From Eledone cirrhosa (Eukaryota), in assembly GCA_964016885.1 (NCBI GenBank), contig OZ024741.1:78554001-78618000 (forward strand): 64,000 nt of DNA, written 5' to 3'. Made by a program: the position numbers and the translations under genes. Below, piece by piece: positions 14,216 to 27,817 of this stretch (positions are counted from its first letter, which is position 1; each line of letters begins with the position of its first letter). The notes under the pieces were generated by a model. That model saw only the letters and a program-made list of their open reading frames with translations. It searched no databases and was not told where the DNA came from.

Positions 14216-17200
14216 CTACAGGATGGTATACAGAGAAGGCCCATTTACACGAGCCATTCTCGCCACTATCACCCACCTTTCATAAAACTGCCTGTGGCCA
14301 AGCACCTCTCTCTCCATTCTTATCCTTCTTCCGAAGTGATATCGGAAGAAGTAGACCAGACTATGGCCAGAGAGGAAGTTGCCTGACCTCAGACCTTTCA
14401 ATCGTGTCCACCAAACAACCTCTTTCAACATGGCTATTACGCACAGAAAAACCGCCTTTGCTTCCTTTGTGAAGAGGGGAGGCGGTTTGATTGTCATCAC
14501 GGACTCGGCGGTCAATTGAATCGGCGCCACCCGCGACAGCAGTCGTTCGGCGTAGCCCCACAGATCAGCCACGCCCGGACATTGCACCAATGCGTGCGCA
14601 ACGGTTTCTTCGTGACGCACGCATCTAGGGCAAATCTTTTTCGAGGGATCCCTGCTCGGGCGCCCGTGTCTGTAGAGCCTCTCTCGAACGGGTAGAGCCC
14701 CCCGGTAGCACTGCCAGGCTAGTGACTTCTGGAAGTTGTCCATTGGTCCCGGGCCGAAAGTCCCACCGAACAGGCTGGCCAGTTCGTCCTCTTCCATGTC
14801 CAGCGACTCTCCAAGGGTGTCATCGCCCCTGCTAGCCACCAGCCCTCTATAGAATGATGAGGTGGATTCTCCACCGATGGCCTGGCCCGCTTGCCAGAGA
14901 GCCCTGAGCGCCTGAGCACACTCAGTGTGCCAGTCTCCCAGTTTTCCGGATCTTTGCTTGACCCAGGACTGCAGCTCGGTGAGCGAGACGAGTCTCGGAA
15001 AGGCTCGTTTCACGAACGGAGCCCACACCGGTTGACCAGTGAGGAATACCTGTAGGTGCCGTAGCCTTAATGCGTGCCTACGCATCATCAACCACGGCAT
15101 CCCCAGCCCTCCTTTCGAAGGTTGTTGGCAGCAGATGGATCTTCTCACCATAGGAGGGCGCTTCTTCCAAAGAAATTGGAAGAGCATGCGTTCCATGGTG
15201 GTGAGTGTTTCCTTAGGGCAAGGCACGACAGTCAGGCGGTAGTAAGTGACGGACGCTATGTAAATGTTCGCCACCTCCGCCCGGCCTTTTAGGGACAGCT
15301 TACACTTGGCCCATTTCTGGGTTAGTGCAAACACCTTGTTCGTAACCTCGTCCCAGTTCTTTTCCACCTGGAGGTCCGGTCCAAACCAGACCCCAAGCAA
15401 CTTTACCGGGCCCTCCGTCCAGTGTCCGACGACACCGTCGGGAGGCATCGGTCTGCCTCTCCACGTTCCGAGTTGCAGCCCGATGGATTTTTCCCGGTTC
15501 AGTTTCGCTCCTGACAACCTTTCGTAATCCTCCAGTAAGGTACCGATCGCCTCGATCTCTGAGTCGGTCGATACCATTACTGTTACGTCATCGGCGTAGG
15601 CCGACACCGCTTTGCTCAATCCTGGTTCCAGGGGGATACCCTGCAACAACTCTAACTTCCTCAGTAAAGGCTCGAGAGTCAATACGTACAGAAGGGAGGA
15701 GAGAGGGCACCCCTGTCGAATGGATCGTGTGATTTCGAACGGCTTCGAAAGGTAGCCGTTCACCTTGATCCTAGAACAGATGTGGTTGCTATGTAAGGCA
15801 GTGATCCAGCCTCTGAAAACAGGACCGAACCACCCAGCCGCCGCTAGCACCGCATCCAGGTAACCATGGTCGACCCTATCGAAGGCCTTAGACTGATCCA
15901 AGTTGATCAGGACCCCACCGAAGCCGGGTTTGTTGCCAACCCTCTCTATGATGTATCGCATGAGGTGGAGGTTATCGTGAATGGACCTGGATGGGATAGC
16001 ACATGTCTGCGCATCTCCCACCAGGCTACCCACGACAAGCGCCAACCTCTTTGCTAACACCTTGGCCAAAATCTTTAACTCTGTGTTTAGCAGGGTTATG
16101 GGCCGAAAATTATTTATACTATCCCCCTTGTTCTCGTCCCTTGGCTACAGAACAAGGAATTCTCCCGTTCTGCTGCCAATTGCAGTAGACCGCTTCGAGG
16201 AGTTCGGAGAAGAAGACCGGCATTGCTAAATAAAGTTCGTAAGGTATACCATCGAGACCTGGAGATTTGCGTCTGCTGCATTGGCTCAGCGCATCTCCGA
16301 TCTCATCAGCCGAGATTGGTCCCTCGCAGGACTCTGCCTCTTCGCTCGAGAGACGCGGCAGGCAGTCGAGGTATGGACCGAAATTCACGTCCCCGCCTGG
16401 ACCCTCGCCTCCCCCGAATAATCGGGCAAAGTGCCTTTGAAAGGCCTCGCACATCTGCTTAGGCTCCCGGATCACCCGTCCATCTTCGTCTTGCAACGAC
16501 CGGATGGTGGATCGATTTCCACTCTTAGCTTCTGTCATGCGGGCCCAGCCAACGGCTTTGGCCCCCTCATTACCTAGAGCACGTATTTTACTTCGAATGA
16601 CGCAGCCTTCGTGCTTTGCATCGAAAAACTGGTTCAAGGCCGTCCTCGATGCCAGCACTCTGGCCACATCTTCGCTCTTGATTGCCTCTTCTAATTTACC
16701 TGTTAATTCTTTCTCGTTTCTATTCCTATAGGCAGCTAACATCTTGCTATAACTTATTGATTCTGTTCTAATCTCTCTATTGAGAGATGCCCACCATCGG
16801 TTGTTGACGATTGCACCCGTCAACCTCTCCTTAACTAATCTGCTAATCCGGTTTCTGTAAGTCTCTTTTGCCGGTAAAGACAAATTAAGTTTCCAGTAAC
16901 CGGGACCCTGTTTATGTGTTTTCTCGAGATTGACTACGCAGGTCACTAATTTGTGATCCGTATAGCCAACCGTGCGCATTTCTGGACAGCTTAATATGTC
17001 CCTATCCTTACTTCTAACTAAGAATCTAAGTACGATCTAGATTGACCACTGTGGTTTCTCCAAGTCCAGGTAGGCACAGTTGGAAAATCTAGTCGATATC
17101 TATCGACCAAGTTAAAACGGTCGAGTAACCCCTTGAGGCTGTTGCACCCCCCTCTATTAGGACATGCTCCTGCATAGTCCCAACGTGCATCTAGGATGTC

Positions 17201-17629
17201 ATTCCAATCTCCCGCTAGAAGCAGGGAACGCGACGTTCCCAGAAAAGTCTCCAAACGCTGGAAGAAGTCGGGCCGTTCAGCTCCGAAAGGGGAGTAGACG
17301 GCGACCAGTCTCAAGGCCGCACCTTCACTACTGCCAACGTCTAGCACCAACAAACGACCCTCCGGGTCCGAGTCAACAACCTGTACGGCAAGACCCAGGT
17401 GTTTTTGCAGCAGTACGACAACCCCACCCCCACCTCCAGGTTGACAGAGAGATGCATGCACTTCAAAGTCATCGAAGGTAGGGGCCAGCTGCCGCACGAC
17501 GCTGATCCGAGTCTCACAGATAACCATTACATTTATACCACATGACCTGAGGTCATTTAGAAGCTTTGCTTGCTCCCAAGTTGACCCCAGGCCACGTGCA
17601 TTCAAACATCCTACTCTTAACACATCCAT
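14216..17629 (-). pseudogene. Tx1 ORF2 (APE endonuclease + reverse transcriptase + C-terminal CCHC), split into three ORFs
   Basis: CLNARGL/ICETR/LAGDWN and TDHKLV (APE); KSPGLDG, DQSKAFDRV, RQGCPLS, YADD (RT); CPRC...ETVAHALVQC. Confidence 0.92.
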
Positions 17630-18139
17630 GTGGGCGGCAGAGCCAAAGGAGAGTGTAGAGACCTACCTTTCTGCTTCCCGGGGTTCGGGTCGCACGACTT
17701 CCATGGGGTCGGGGGTGTTGGGTGAAGGGGTGTCTTGTGGTGGTGTGGGGTCGTCAGCGTGAGGTGGGGTTGGGGTGTTTGGAGTTGTGTTGGGGAGGGG
17801 AAGGGGAGGGGGAAAGCTTTTTAGTAGGACGCGGTTTATGGGTTTGACAGAGGGTCGTCCTACGTCCTCCTTAAAATCCTTTTTTAGTTTTTGGTAGAGG
17901 TTCATTGGGATCTTTATTAATTTTAAATGTGGGTAGTTTTCTGAAGAAACAAAGTTTACACCTTCGGTTTGTACCGAAGGATTATTGTTTATGAGTTCAT
18001 TTAATTTATTATTGTTTCTGTTGATGTAAGTATAGTGTAATATCTTTTTTTCGGATGGTGTGAGTGTTTCGAAGAGGGGAGGGGCAGGTTTGGTTTTGTT
18101 TGTTGCTGGAGGGGTGTTTTGTGTTTTGTTGGATTGTGT

Positions 18140-19426
18140 TTACATTTGGGTGGGGGTTGTTTGGCCTTGTGTGTTTTGCACATGTTTTCTTTTTTTCCTT
18201 TTAATCTGTCTGAAGGACTCCGTTTCTTCCTCCGAATTCGTTGGGTTATCTTCAGTGTTGGAGGGAAGAGGTATGTTTGCTGGTAATGTTTCCGTGTTGG
18301 TTTTCTTTGTGGGGGAGATGGATGTCACTATGTTAAACTGTGTTGTGTGTTGTGGCTGCGGTGGTTGTGTTGTTTTATTGAGTGAGGGGTTGGGTGGGCC
18401 TGTATTTTGTTTTGGGGTAATGTTTTGTGACTGTTTGTGTTGTGGTGGTGGTGTAGTTTTACTGAGGGACGGGTTGGGTGGGACTGAGTTTTGTTGTTTG
18501 TTTATCTGTTGTGGTGGTGGTGGTGGAGCTAGTGTTGGTAGCAGGGTTTTCTTTTTGTTGAGTTGGGGACAAGCGGCCTTCAGGTGCCCTCTGCCTGCAC
18601 AGATATGACAGGACGGCCTTCTCCCCTCCACGCTAATGTTTATATACCCGTGGTCCTCTAATAGGATTCTGTCGGGTATTTGGGCGATGCGTTCAGGCTT
18701 CATTTGCACTACAAGTTCTATACCCGTTCCACTGAACGCATTGCCTGTGGTTTTCCCAATGGAAATCACGTTGTCATTTACTGGATCGATGAAGCCAGCT
18801 ATGAGCCAGCAGTAGTCCACATCTGGCATCATTGCATCCAGCCATATGCGTTGAGTTCTTTTACCCATATAAGATGGATAAAAGGCAAAATTTTTCGAAC
18901 GAATCGGTGACAAAGCACATTTTTTAGCCGCCGATTCGTTCTTCATAATAATCGCTAGGCTTCCATACAGTCTGTCTTTTCTTATGAAAGTCGTTTCATT
19001 AAGTACTTCTGTAAGTACTGTTTTGATTTCTGTTTGAGTTGGCTGTTCAGGTTTTTTTGAAATGTTGTTGATGGTGCGGAAAACGACCGTTCGACTTTCA
19101 ATGTCTTTGGTGAGTTCTTGAGGCATTTTTACCGATAAAATACCATTCTCTCCTTCAGTTATATATTGTTTGGCGTCTGCAATTCTTTGTGCCACATCTG
19201 AAATATTTTCAGGTATATATGTCAAAGATTTCTTTGTTGTTTGTGCAAATGAAATATTATTGGTGTTGACTTTGTCGTCTGCTTTGCTTTCTGTTATGAT
19301 GTTGTTTTCAAATGTTATTTTTGTGTTTGTCGTGTCTTTGTTTGTGGTATTAATATTGTCATGCAATTTTTCAATTTTTTTTTTTTTCGTTGTTGGAATC
19401 CATGTCCAGATTTGTGTTTTCGTCAT
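18140..19426 (-). pseudogene. Tx1 ORF1 gag-like nucleic-acid-binding protein
   Basis: 428-aa ORF with the CHICAGRGHLKAAC zinc knuckle followed by a Pro/Gln/Thr-rich tail. The N-terminus is probably in 19371-19577, frameshifted at an A-run. Confidence 0.8.
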
Positions 19427-19805
19427 TTTTCTCCGCAGATTCGTCTGTTTTTATTTTATTTTTTCCTTCCTTCTCTATGACGTTAGTTGGGAAGGAAGGG
19501 GGGGGGACTAAAGCGTGCGAGCTTACAACTCTTACCGCTGTCCCCCCACCACTATTTTCGTTAGCTTCGTTTAACATTTCTGTCAGACGATTGAAATTTT
19601 TTATGCCACAAAATTAAAAAAAACAGGTTTTTCACCCCTAGGAGGGGTAAAGATGAGCTGACCCACCGCCTGACAGTTCAGACGGGGGGTCAAGCTACAC
19701 AATAGTATCAAAATTAAAATTGAACTTACAAAATTTCCGCAATAAATTTGAACAAAACTTCTGCGCGAAGTGAATTACATCTACACTGTAGAACAGACGA
19801 CAGCT

Positions 19806-20085
<280 letters not shown>

Positions 20086-20537
20086 GAAAATATCGAGAAT
20101 ATTCATTCCATTAGTAGAGTCGACAAGAGAGCGTCTATGTGGTCGTTAGAAATAACAGCGAAATCCCCCTCAAATCACACCTTACTGTCTAAAATAATGA
20201 CATTTCATAATCACTATTGTACAACGAGACAGCGAAGGAGTCATTATGTAGGGTCAACCTTCTAGATTTAGCAGCCAAATCTTTTTCAAATCATATTGTA
20301 TCGTCTTAAAATTGGAAAGAGTATAAATAAAAACTTTTTACCCTATTCACCAGAAAAGGGAGTAGACTATGCTAAAGGTACCCAAGGCTCAAGTAAGGGG
20401 TGGTGTTAAACTACCGAATGACCAATGAAGATGAACCGGGTCTGACACACAAAAAAGGAGATGGTCTAAGAATAATAACAAGAGAGATAAGGTCTTCGTT
20501 GTTTTATCAAAAGATTAAAAAAAAATTATGATAAAGG

Positions 20538-20562
20538 ACGATGATGATGATGATGATGATGA

Positions 20563-20619
<57 letters not shown>

Positions 20620-20822
20620 CGAAACAGAAGAAGAAGAAGAAGAAGAAGAAGAAGAAGAAGAAGAAGAAGAAGAAGAAGAAGAATATAAATGTTCAGATTG
20701 ACTATGGCATTGTTTCGAAGTTGTTGAAGCACACACACACACACACATACACATACTGACACATATTCACGCACACACACACACATACTCTCTCTCTCTG
20801 TCTCTCTCACACACACACACAC
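20538..20822. repeat. Compound microsatellite (GAT)n(GAC)n(GAA)n followed by (CA)/(CT)n
   Basis: Direct inspection. Confidence 0.9.
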
Positions 20823-21133
20823 TTGTTACTATTGTTAAACCAAATATCAGTCTTGATTTAGTAAGTTAGTAGATCCATGAGCAAATACATTCTACCCATG
20901 ACCAAACAACCAGTTTTTAGTTACAGTATGCCGCAAACCATTATTTAATGAGTCCTTCATTTCTAAGACGGTCAGGTACGGTTTGTGGCAGATTTGTCTG
21001 CTATTACTAGCAGGTAGAGTGACCACATAAGGCTACCTCGCAGACTCACATAGGCATTCTTATTTCTAGCATGCCAGGTAAGCCCACATATTTTCTCCCA
21101 TCAGTTCATAAATAGTAGTAGCTGTTATTTCTA

Positions 21134-21420
21134 GTACAGTAGTAACCGATATTGGCGAGGGTTGCGTTCTTAGAACACTCGCGAAGAGTGAAAAACCCCG
21201 AATATTAGACGTGGTCCATAAAAATGCCTACAAACGTCAAAATATAACGTAAAATATAGGCCGGCAAATACGGTATATTGTTATTAATAATGTAGCGTTA
21301 TGCCATGAAAAAAGTCATTAAAAAATCGCCTAAGATATTTACGATTCCGTGAATATGCGGTGGTTTCCACGAACAATTATTAGTTAGGTTCTAAGGAAAA
21401 TTCCGCAAATAACCGGGAAC
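21134..21420. mobile_element. Tigger/pogo-like DNA transposon remnant
   Basis: TA|CAGTAGTAACCG...GGGTTGCGTTC start, with a partial inverted counterpart GGGAACGCAA near 21415. Confidence 0.4.
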
Positions 21421-21431
21421 GCAATTGTTGG

Positions 21432-21663
<232 letters not shown>

Positions 21664-22270
21664 AATATTGATTAACCCTGTATATTCTCTCTCAACTCAT
21701 AGTAGTATCAATAATTTCTATTTCTAGCATACTGCCTGATCACATAAAGCCTTCCTCAGTGGATGCTAAAGAATCAGTGAAATCACAGTTAACTCCCCTT
21801 ATTTTAATTAATTTTTTTGTTTTTGTTTCGGACAAAAATTATCTATCTTCCCAAATTAGAACAAATCTCTGTTTTTTTAAAAATCAATGCTGAAAATTAT
21901 AAACTTATGTCGTGTTTTTGTTTTGTCCTTCGTTCTTCATTTCACCTGTGCATTCACAGTCATCAGACAAGACTAAAATTTCAAATGTATAAATAAGGGA
22001 AGAATGAGAGAAGGGATCCTGAAAGAGGGAGGGGAATTGACAAGATGAAAATAGAATGAAAGGGATGGTAATGGCGGTGAGTGGGGGAATAGGGATATGT
22101 GAAGAAGGGAATAATGGATAATGCTCTACTAACGTATTGAGTCTTTTTTTAACTGTAGTCATCTTGTAATATACACCGGGACTTCACTTATAAATATATA
22201 GGAAAAGAGTCAGGACCCCGACGGCAGAGCTTCGGCTGTTTCGACAGCTAGATCCGAATATATATATATA

Positions 22271-22689
22271 TTACGATTGGTGCTATGAAATAGCGATATA
22301 TACATGATTGTATGTATAGTACATTTGGCAATATACCGTAAGTTTAATTAAACACATTTAGAAAACCATACGCTATCAGTTTTAAAGTAGTGACTATGTC
22401 ACTTACTTCTTCTCGGCGAAAGAAGGGAGAAAAGCTGACAGTCTGTTTCACGCTGGTTGGCGTTCATCAGAGCCACGTACTCTCTTGCTTTCGCCTAAAA
22501 TTATAGAAGCTGGATTCTTATAGAATTCCAGTTATAATCAACCAGCGTGAAACAGACTGTCAGCATCTCTCCCTTCTTTCGCCGAAAAGAAGTAAGTGAT
22601 ATAGTCACTACTTTAAAACTGATAGCGTATGGTCTTCTAAATGTTTTAAATTAAACATACGGTATATTGCCAAATATACTATACATACA

Positions 22690-22692
<3 letters not shown>
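22271..22692 (-). mobile_element. Hammerhead-containing retrozyme/Penelope pLTR-like unit with an inverted partial copy, in (TA)n
   Basis: About 22300-22461 is the reverse complement of 22539-22692, and (TA)n lies on both sides. Confidence 0.8.
22433..22474 (-). ncRNA. Type I hammerhead ribozyme (intact core)
   Basis: Minus strand reads GGCT CTGATGA ACGC-caacca-GCGT GAAA CAG-a-CTG TC AGCT, with a GUC triplet and a distal GGCGAAAG/CTTTCGCC pairing. Confidence 0.85.
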
Positions 22693-22736
<44 letters not shown>

Positions 22737-23080
22737 GGCTTCTACAGGACTAGAACTGTTTCATTCGGGAGAAATCACCAGGAAAGTCGACTGTTTATGT
22801 AATATGGTGGTATTTATACATTTTCTGGTGGTAGGACAGGGTGGTGATTGGGATGGCTGGAGGTCATTAGCTGATGGATTTAAAGTTCTAATCCAGTTAT
22901 AGTCCTGTAGAAGCCATTTCTATATTAAATATTTATACTCTCCTATGTATTGAGTACCTTACTTACTGTGGTTACCCCCGATTGAACCCGGGATAAACAT
23001 ATATATGTATATATATATATATAAGTATTGAAGTTTCCGTTGAAAATTGAAAAAGTCATAGGAGTGAAGGGTGCTCTATG

Positions 23081-23194
<114 letters not shown>

Positions 23195-23771
23195 CTGGTA
23201 TGAATTTTTTCTCTCTCTCGTCTACGATTTCACAGAACTTATGTTTACCGAATTCGCAGACCAGGCCCCTTCTTCCTCCCGTTAGACCTGTGCGAAATTC
23301 CTTCCTTGCTCACATTTCAACCAGGTTTGATGGTCTTTATTCTCTCGTTCACGATTTCACCGAATTTAAATTCATAGAAATCTGGGACTTGTCTCTTTCT
23401 TCCTCACTTTCTGTTGCTTCACCATTTTGTTTGTTTACCCTCGCGTCCCCTTTATTTACGTGTCCCAACGTCTTTTTTTAGCCGTTGCTCGCACCAACCG
23501 GAGGTATATGGTCTTTAAAGCGATGAAATGTCTATGATGGTTGGAAGATCACTGATGAAGGACAAACTTTTTTCATATATATATATATATATATATATAA
23601 ATATATATATAGATATAAATATACACATACATATATAAAAATCTACCCACGCATATACTTATACTCACACACATACACAAACATACGTATATGTACACAC
23701 ACATATACATACACATAACATACATACACACGTGCATATACATATACATAGACACATGCGTATACATACGT

Positions 23772-23838
<67 letters not shown>

Positions 23839-23997
23839 CACACACGCACGCACACACATGTATATATATATATTCACACATATACACACATACATATATA
23901 CACATATATGTATGTAAAAGGTAAACAGAAATAACAACACAATCGGTACAGTATATGGAAGGTATATATTAGGTTAACGCTTGATATAGCAGGATGG

Positions 23998-24033
23998 TCT
24001 TAACGTTTCGGACGCTAGTCCTTCACCAGAAGA
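23998..24033 (-). ncRNA. Minimal type I hammerhead, core variant CUGGUGA
   Basis: Minus strand reads TCTT CTGGTGA A GGAC-tagc-GTCC GAAA CG TT AAGA. Confidence 0.6.
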
Positions 24034-24546
24034 AAGAATGAGAAATAAATAGATTAAGGAGACGGGCGGGATGGAATTGGAAAAAATGTCTTTAGATAAA
24101 AATAATAGGTCCATTCATGTTGACATCTCTTACAAAACTGTTAGTGCTGGCGTTTTGTGTATTATTTGTTTATTAGAAAAGTGGATGTTGTGTGTGCATG
24201 TAAGTACGAAGCTATGAGCAAAGAGAAAGCGATAACCATAAATCAGGAAGTAAGTATCTAAATAAGCAGACAACAAATTTAAAAATACAACTAAAAAATC
24301 GTAAGGTTTAACTATGAACGCACGTTCGCGCACGCGCGCGACTTATGTATAACCACAGTGTTGGACAAAAACAAAAACAAAAAGTAAAAAATGTATAAAT
24401 AAATATATATATATAAAGAGAGAGTGTTGAAGTTTGCTTGAAGCATTGTGGAATAATAAAATTGGCCGTTTTGGAAGCCTCAATAATGCAGATGGGTAAG
24501 TCCGGGTAACAGAATCAGGTGGTAATGAGAGAGAACAACACGTGGC

Positions 24547-24623
<77 letters not shown>

Positions 24624-24625
<2 letters not shown>

Positions 24626-25580
24626 TAGACATGAAAAATGCGCAAGCTCAAAAGTGCCACAGAATGTTATAATAAACCTTCAAAAGTGTGGGACTAGAGT
24701 TGTTGCTAAAAAATATTGTAATCATTATATATCGTACATTCTGTGGCATCCTTTATAAAAATAGGTTAAACCAACGAAGCCTTTATTTTTACGCTATTTC
24801 ACTTAGTTAATTCTTAGAGTGTAACATATAAAAATATGATTTACAACTATAAAACAAATTAATTAATATAATAACAGAGCTGCGGAGCTGAAATTTAGGA
24901 AATAATGGAATATCGGATCCTGAGTTGGAGCCAGTCAATTTTTGGCCGACTCCGCAGCCCTGTATAATACATTTCATATTAAAGTTATTAATAAACCTAT
25001 TTTACACTGCATGCAAATTACCATGAGATATTGATATTAGATATAAGATACAGCGCAATATCTACAGCTGTAAAAGTACGAAAGCGAAGTAATAATAAGT
25101 GGCTTAAGGTAATTCCAATATGAAAGTTTGTAGTGATAAAAATTTGATAATGCAATACGATTGTAAATATTATAGTTCTATGAAAATGTAACAATAGATA
25201 ACTAAATTATTTTACTATTAGTATATTTAAGAAATTATCATTATAGATTTTATCGTTCATATAAGCATCATATTAATTTTCAACACAATTATTTTGTTAC
25301 TATGAGTATATGATAATAATATTACGTAATTATTTATAGCTGTTATTACATTAAACATAGATGTATTTATTTTTATATGTTACACTCTAAGAATTAACTA
25401 AGTGAAATAGCGTAAAAATAAAGGCTTCGTTGGTTTAAGCTATTTTTATAAAGGATGCCACAGAATGTACGATATATAATGATTACAATATTTTTTAGCA
25501 ACAACTCTAGTCCCACACTTTTGAAGGTTTATTATAACATTCTGTGGCACTTTTGAGCTTGCGCATTTTTCATGTCTAGT
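24624..25580. mobile_element. 957-bp non-coding foldback/MITE-like element with about 213-bp terminal inverted repeats
   Basis: 24624-24836 (ACTAGACATGAAAAATGCGC...) is near-perfectly inverted at 25368-25580 (...GCGCATTTTTCATGTCTAGT). Confidence 0.8.
24875..24962. mobile_element. 88-bp hAT-type MITE nested in the foldback element
   Basis: TIRs CAGAGCTGCGGAG / CTCCGCAGCCCTG and a 7/8 target-site duplication TATAATAA / TATAATAC. Confidence 0.7.
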
Positions 25581-26149
25581 TCAATATTTTTTTAAGGCAA
25601 CGCTTGTAATAACTCTAGTTAAAGAGGATATATATTAATAATAAATTATCGTTGTAATGTAATTAGATTATGTAATTGTTATTATAAATTATCTTATAAA
25701 TATTAGTGTAAGATGTATAAAAATATTTTCAGACTTTTAATATAAACAACTACAAAAAACAATCAATATTAAATCAATATATTATACATAACAGAAAACA
25801 TAAAATAAACAATACAAAAACAAAATATTTACATACAATTGCAATTATCAGTGTATATACATTTTCTTTATATTCCCTGAGCAAATTAATAAGATTTGTT
25901 TTTATTGTACATAATTTGATGACTTGTTGGAGTGTATTAAAAGATAGCAACAATTTGTGATTAAATTGTTATCTTAAGCAACTCACTTTTTAATAGTTGT
26001 TGGCTGAGCGAAATTGTAAAAGCCTATGAGCAAATATAAAAAAAAATACACAAACAACATTTCCTTGTGTTATTAGAACATTAGATAAAATAATTGAGCA
26101 ATGTCGTTATATTTTGCTCTTATTGCACATTAATAGTGTTTCTATTTTT

Positions 26150-26303
26150 CGGCACAAATCCATTACGGCAGTCCATTACTGGTACTTTATTTTATCGAAT
26201 TAGTAAGTATGAAAGTCGAAGTTAACCTCGGCAGGATTTGAACTTAGAATGCAAAGGACCATAACAATACTGCAAAGCATGGTGTCTGACGCTCTACCAA
26301 TAC
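26150..26303 (-). mobile_element. Nin-like SINE copy
   Basis: Reverse complement of the 3424 family (ACTGGTACTTTATTTTATCGA...GGATTTGAAC). Confidence 0.7.
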
Positions 26304-26772
26304 TTGTGTTGAGCTGGTCATTAATTTATGGTGGTCGTGCGTGGAGTAGAGCAATCGCTAGTTGAAATATTATGAACAAAACATTTTTATTTGCCGAAGA
26401 ACATATTTTCAATACTGTTTGTGAATGTGACGAAGGAAATACATTCTGATATGGAACAGTGTACAAAGTGTGTCTGTGAATAACATAATGTTACCTCATG
26501 TTGTTGTCAAGACATAATGGATTTCGTATATCCAGTTAGAAGATGAAACCTAGCCATCTCGGATTAGTTATATTTCATGCCATGTGTAAACGTGTTTGAG
26601 GATAGCAAAATATGCGTGTTTCTTGTCTGGAAACTTTCTGCTAAACTGATTGGTTTCGTTTTTGGCACTATACAATACTCATCCAACAGATAGCTGTATT
26701 GGATCCTTGATTGGTTAATATTTAGGTGAGGGTGCTTGATGCAGAGTTAGTGCAAAATGGATCAATGAGTGT

Positions 26773-27427
26773 AATAATAATAATGATAATAATAATGAAA
26801 ATATTGTGTACAATGCTGAGGTGCACTACAACTCATCAAAAGTGCATATATAATACATAGGGTAATATAAAAACGTCAGGAAAAAAGAACAGTGCATGAG
26901 TCATGATATACACATATGTGCATGTGTATGGAAGGGGGACATCAGGTGTAGTTTTGGTGTATTTCGGAATGTATGATGGTTTTAAAGGATGCAGTGTGTC
27001 ATCAGCTAACAACTGATGCAGGAAGTTTGTTCCATCCTTCAGCAACTCTGAGCATGAAGAAATATTTCCTAAAGTCATGGGAGCTGTGTTGTTTTCTGAC
27101 TTTGTAGGCATGTCCACGTGTTAGACACATGGAGATCAAAAAGGTGTTCGGGGTTGTTGTTGGTCGGATGGTTAATAACTTTGTGGGTGTTTACCAAGTC
27201 CATTGCCAGAGGGAAGCAAAATATTCAGGGTATGGTAGGTGTCTGATGGAGGGTATGCGCTTGGTTGCATGTCTCTGAACAGTTTCCAGGAGGTCAATGT
27301 TCTGAGCAAGATAGGGGTTCCAGACTGATGACGCGAACTCCAAGTGTATTCGTACCATAGATGTATACAGCTTTAAATAGATGGCTGGAGAGCAGCTAAT
27401 GAAGGTCTTGCTGATTGATGCCAAGTC
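26773..27427 (-). mobile_element. CR1/L2-group LINE 3' fragment
   Basis: LYTSMVRIHLEFASSVWNPY..NIDLLETVQRHATK, typical of the CR1 RT C-terminus. (ATT)n tail on the minus strand at 26773-26797. Confidence 0.85.
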
Positions 27428-27611
27428 AATCTTAATAAATTGACTGATTTATCTGTTCACTACTGCTAATCCACCGCTGTTTGTACAATTTTTTAGATAA
27501 TGTCAATTTGAGCTTGAATCATTGGCGTAATGAAATTTGAAAAGATTATAAGCAAATCTTTTTTAAAATACACAGACAACATTTAACTGTATCGTTGCAA
27601 CATTAGATCTA

Positions 27612-27791
27612 ATAATTGTTTCTACTTTAGGCACAAGGCCAGCAATTACCCAGTGCATTACTGGTACTTTATTTTATCTACCCCGTAAGGATGAAAGGCA
27701 AAGTCAACCTCGGCAGGATTTGAACTCAGATCGTAAAGGGACGTAATTATGCTGGAAAGCATGGCATCCGACCCTCTACCAATACTGCCAA
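27612..27791 (-). mobile_element. Nin-like SINE copy
   Basis: Near-identical to 12880-13060. Confidence 0.75.
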
Positions 27792-27817
27792 AATAATGGA
27801 GCAACATTTGTGCAGAA

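Larger units (their letters stand above)
13999..19805 (-). mobile_element. Near-full-length Tx1/L1-clade non-LTR retrotransposon bracketed by (GATA)n
   Basis: ORF1 with a CCHC knuckle, then APE-RT-CCHC ORF2. The 3' end has AATAAA followed by (TATC)n, and (GATA)n also lies at the 5' end. Confidence 0.9.

Noticed and set aside
22737-22920. Hammerhead in the GAAACAGTTCTAGTCCTGTAGAAGCC family (also 33945-33992)
   Set aside because: Core is CTGGTGA or ATGATGA and stems I and III cannot be closed convincingly. It is a repeated pLTR-like end but was not called as a ribozyme.
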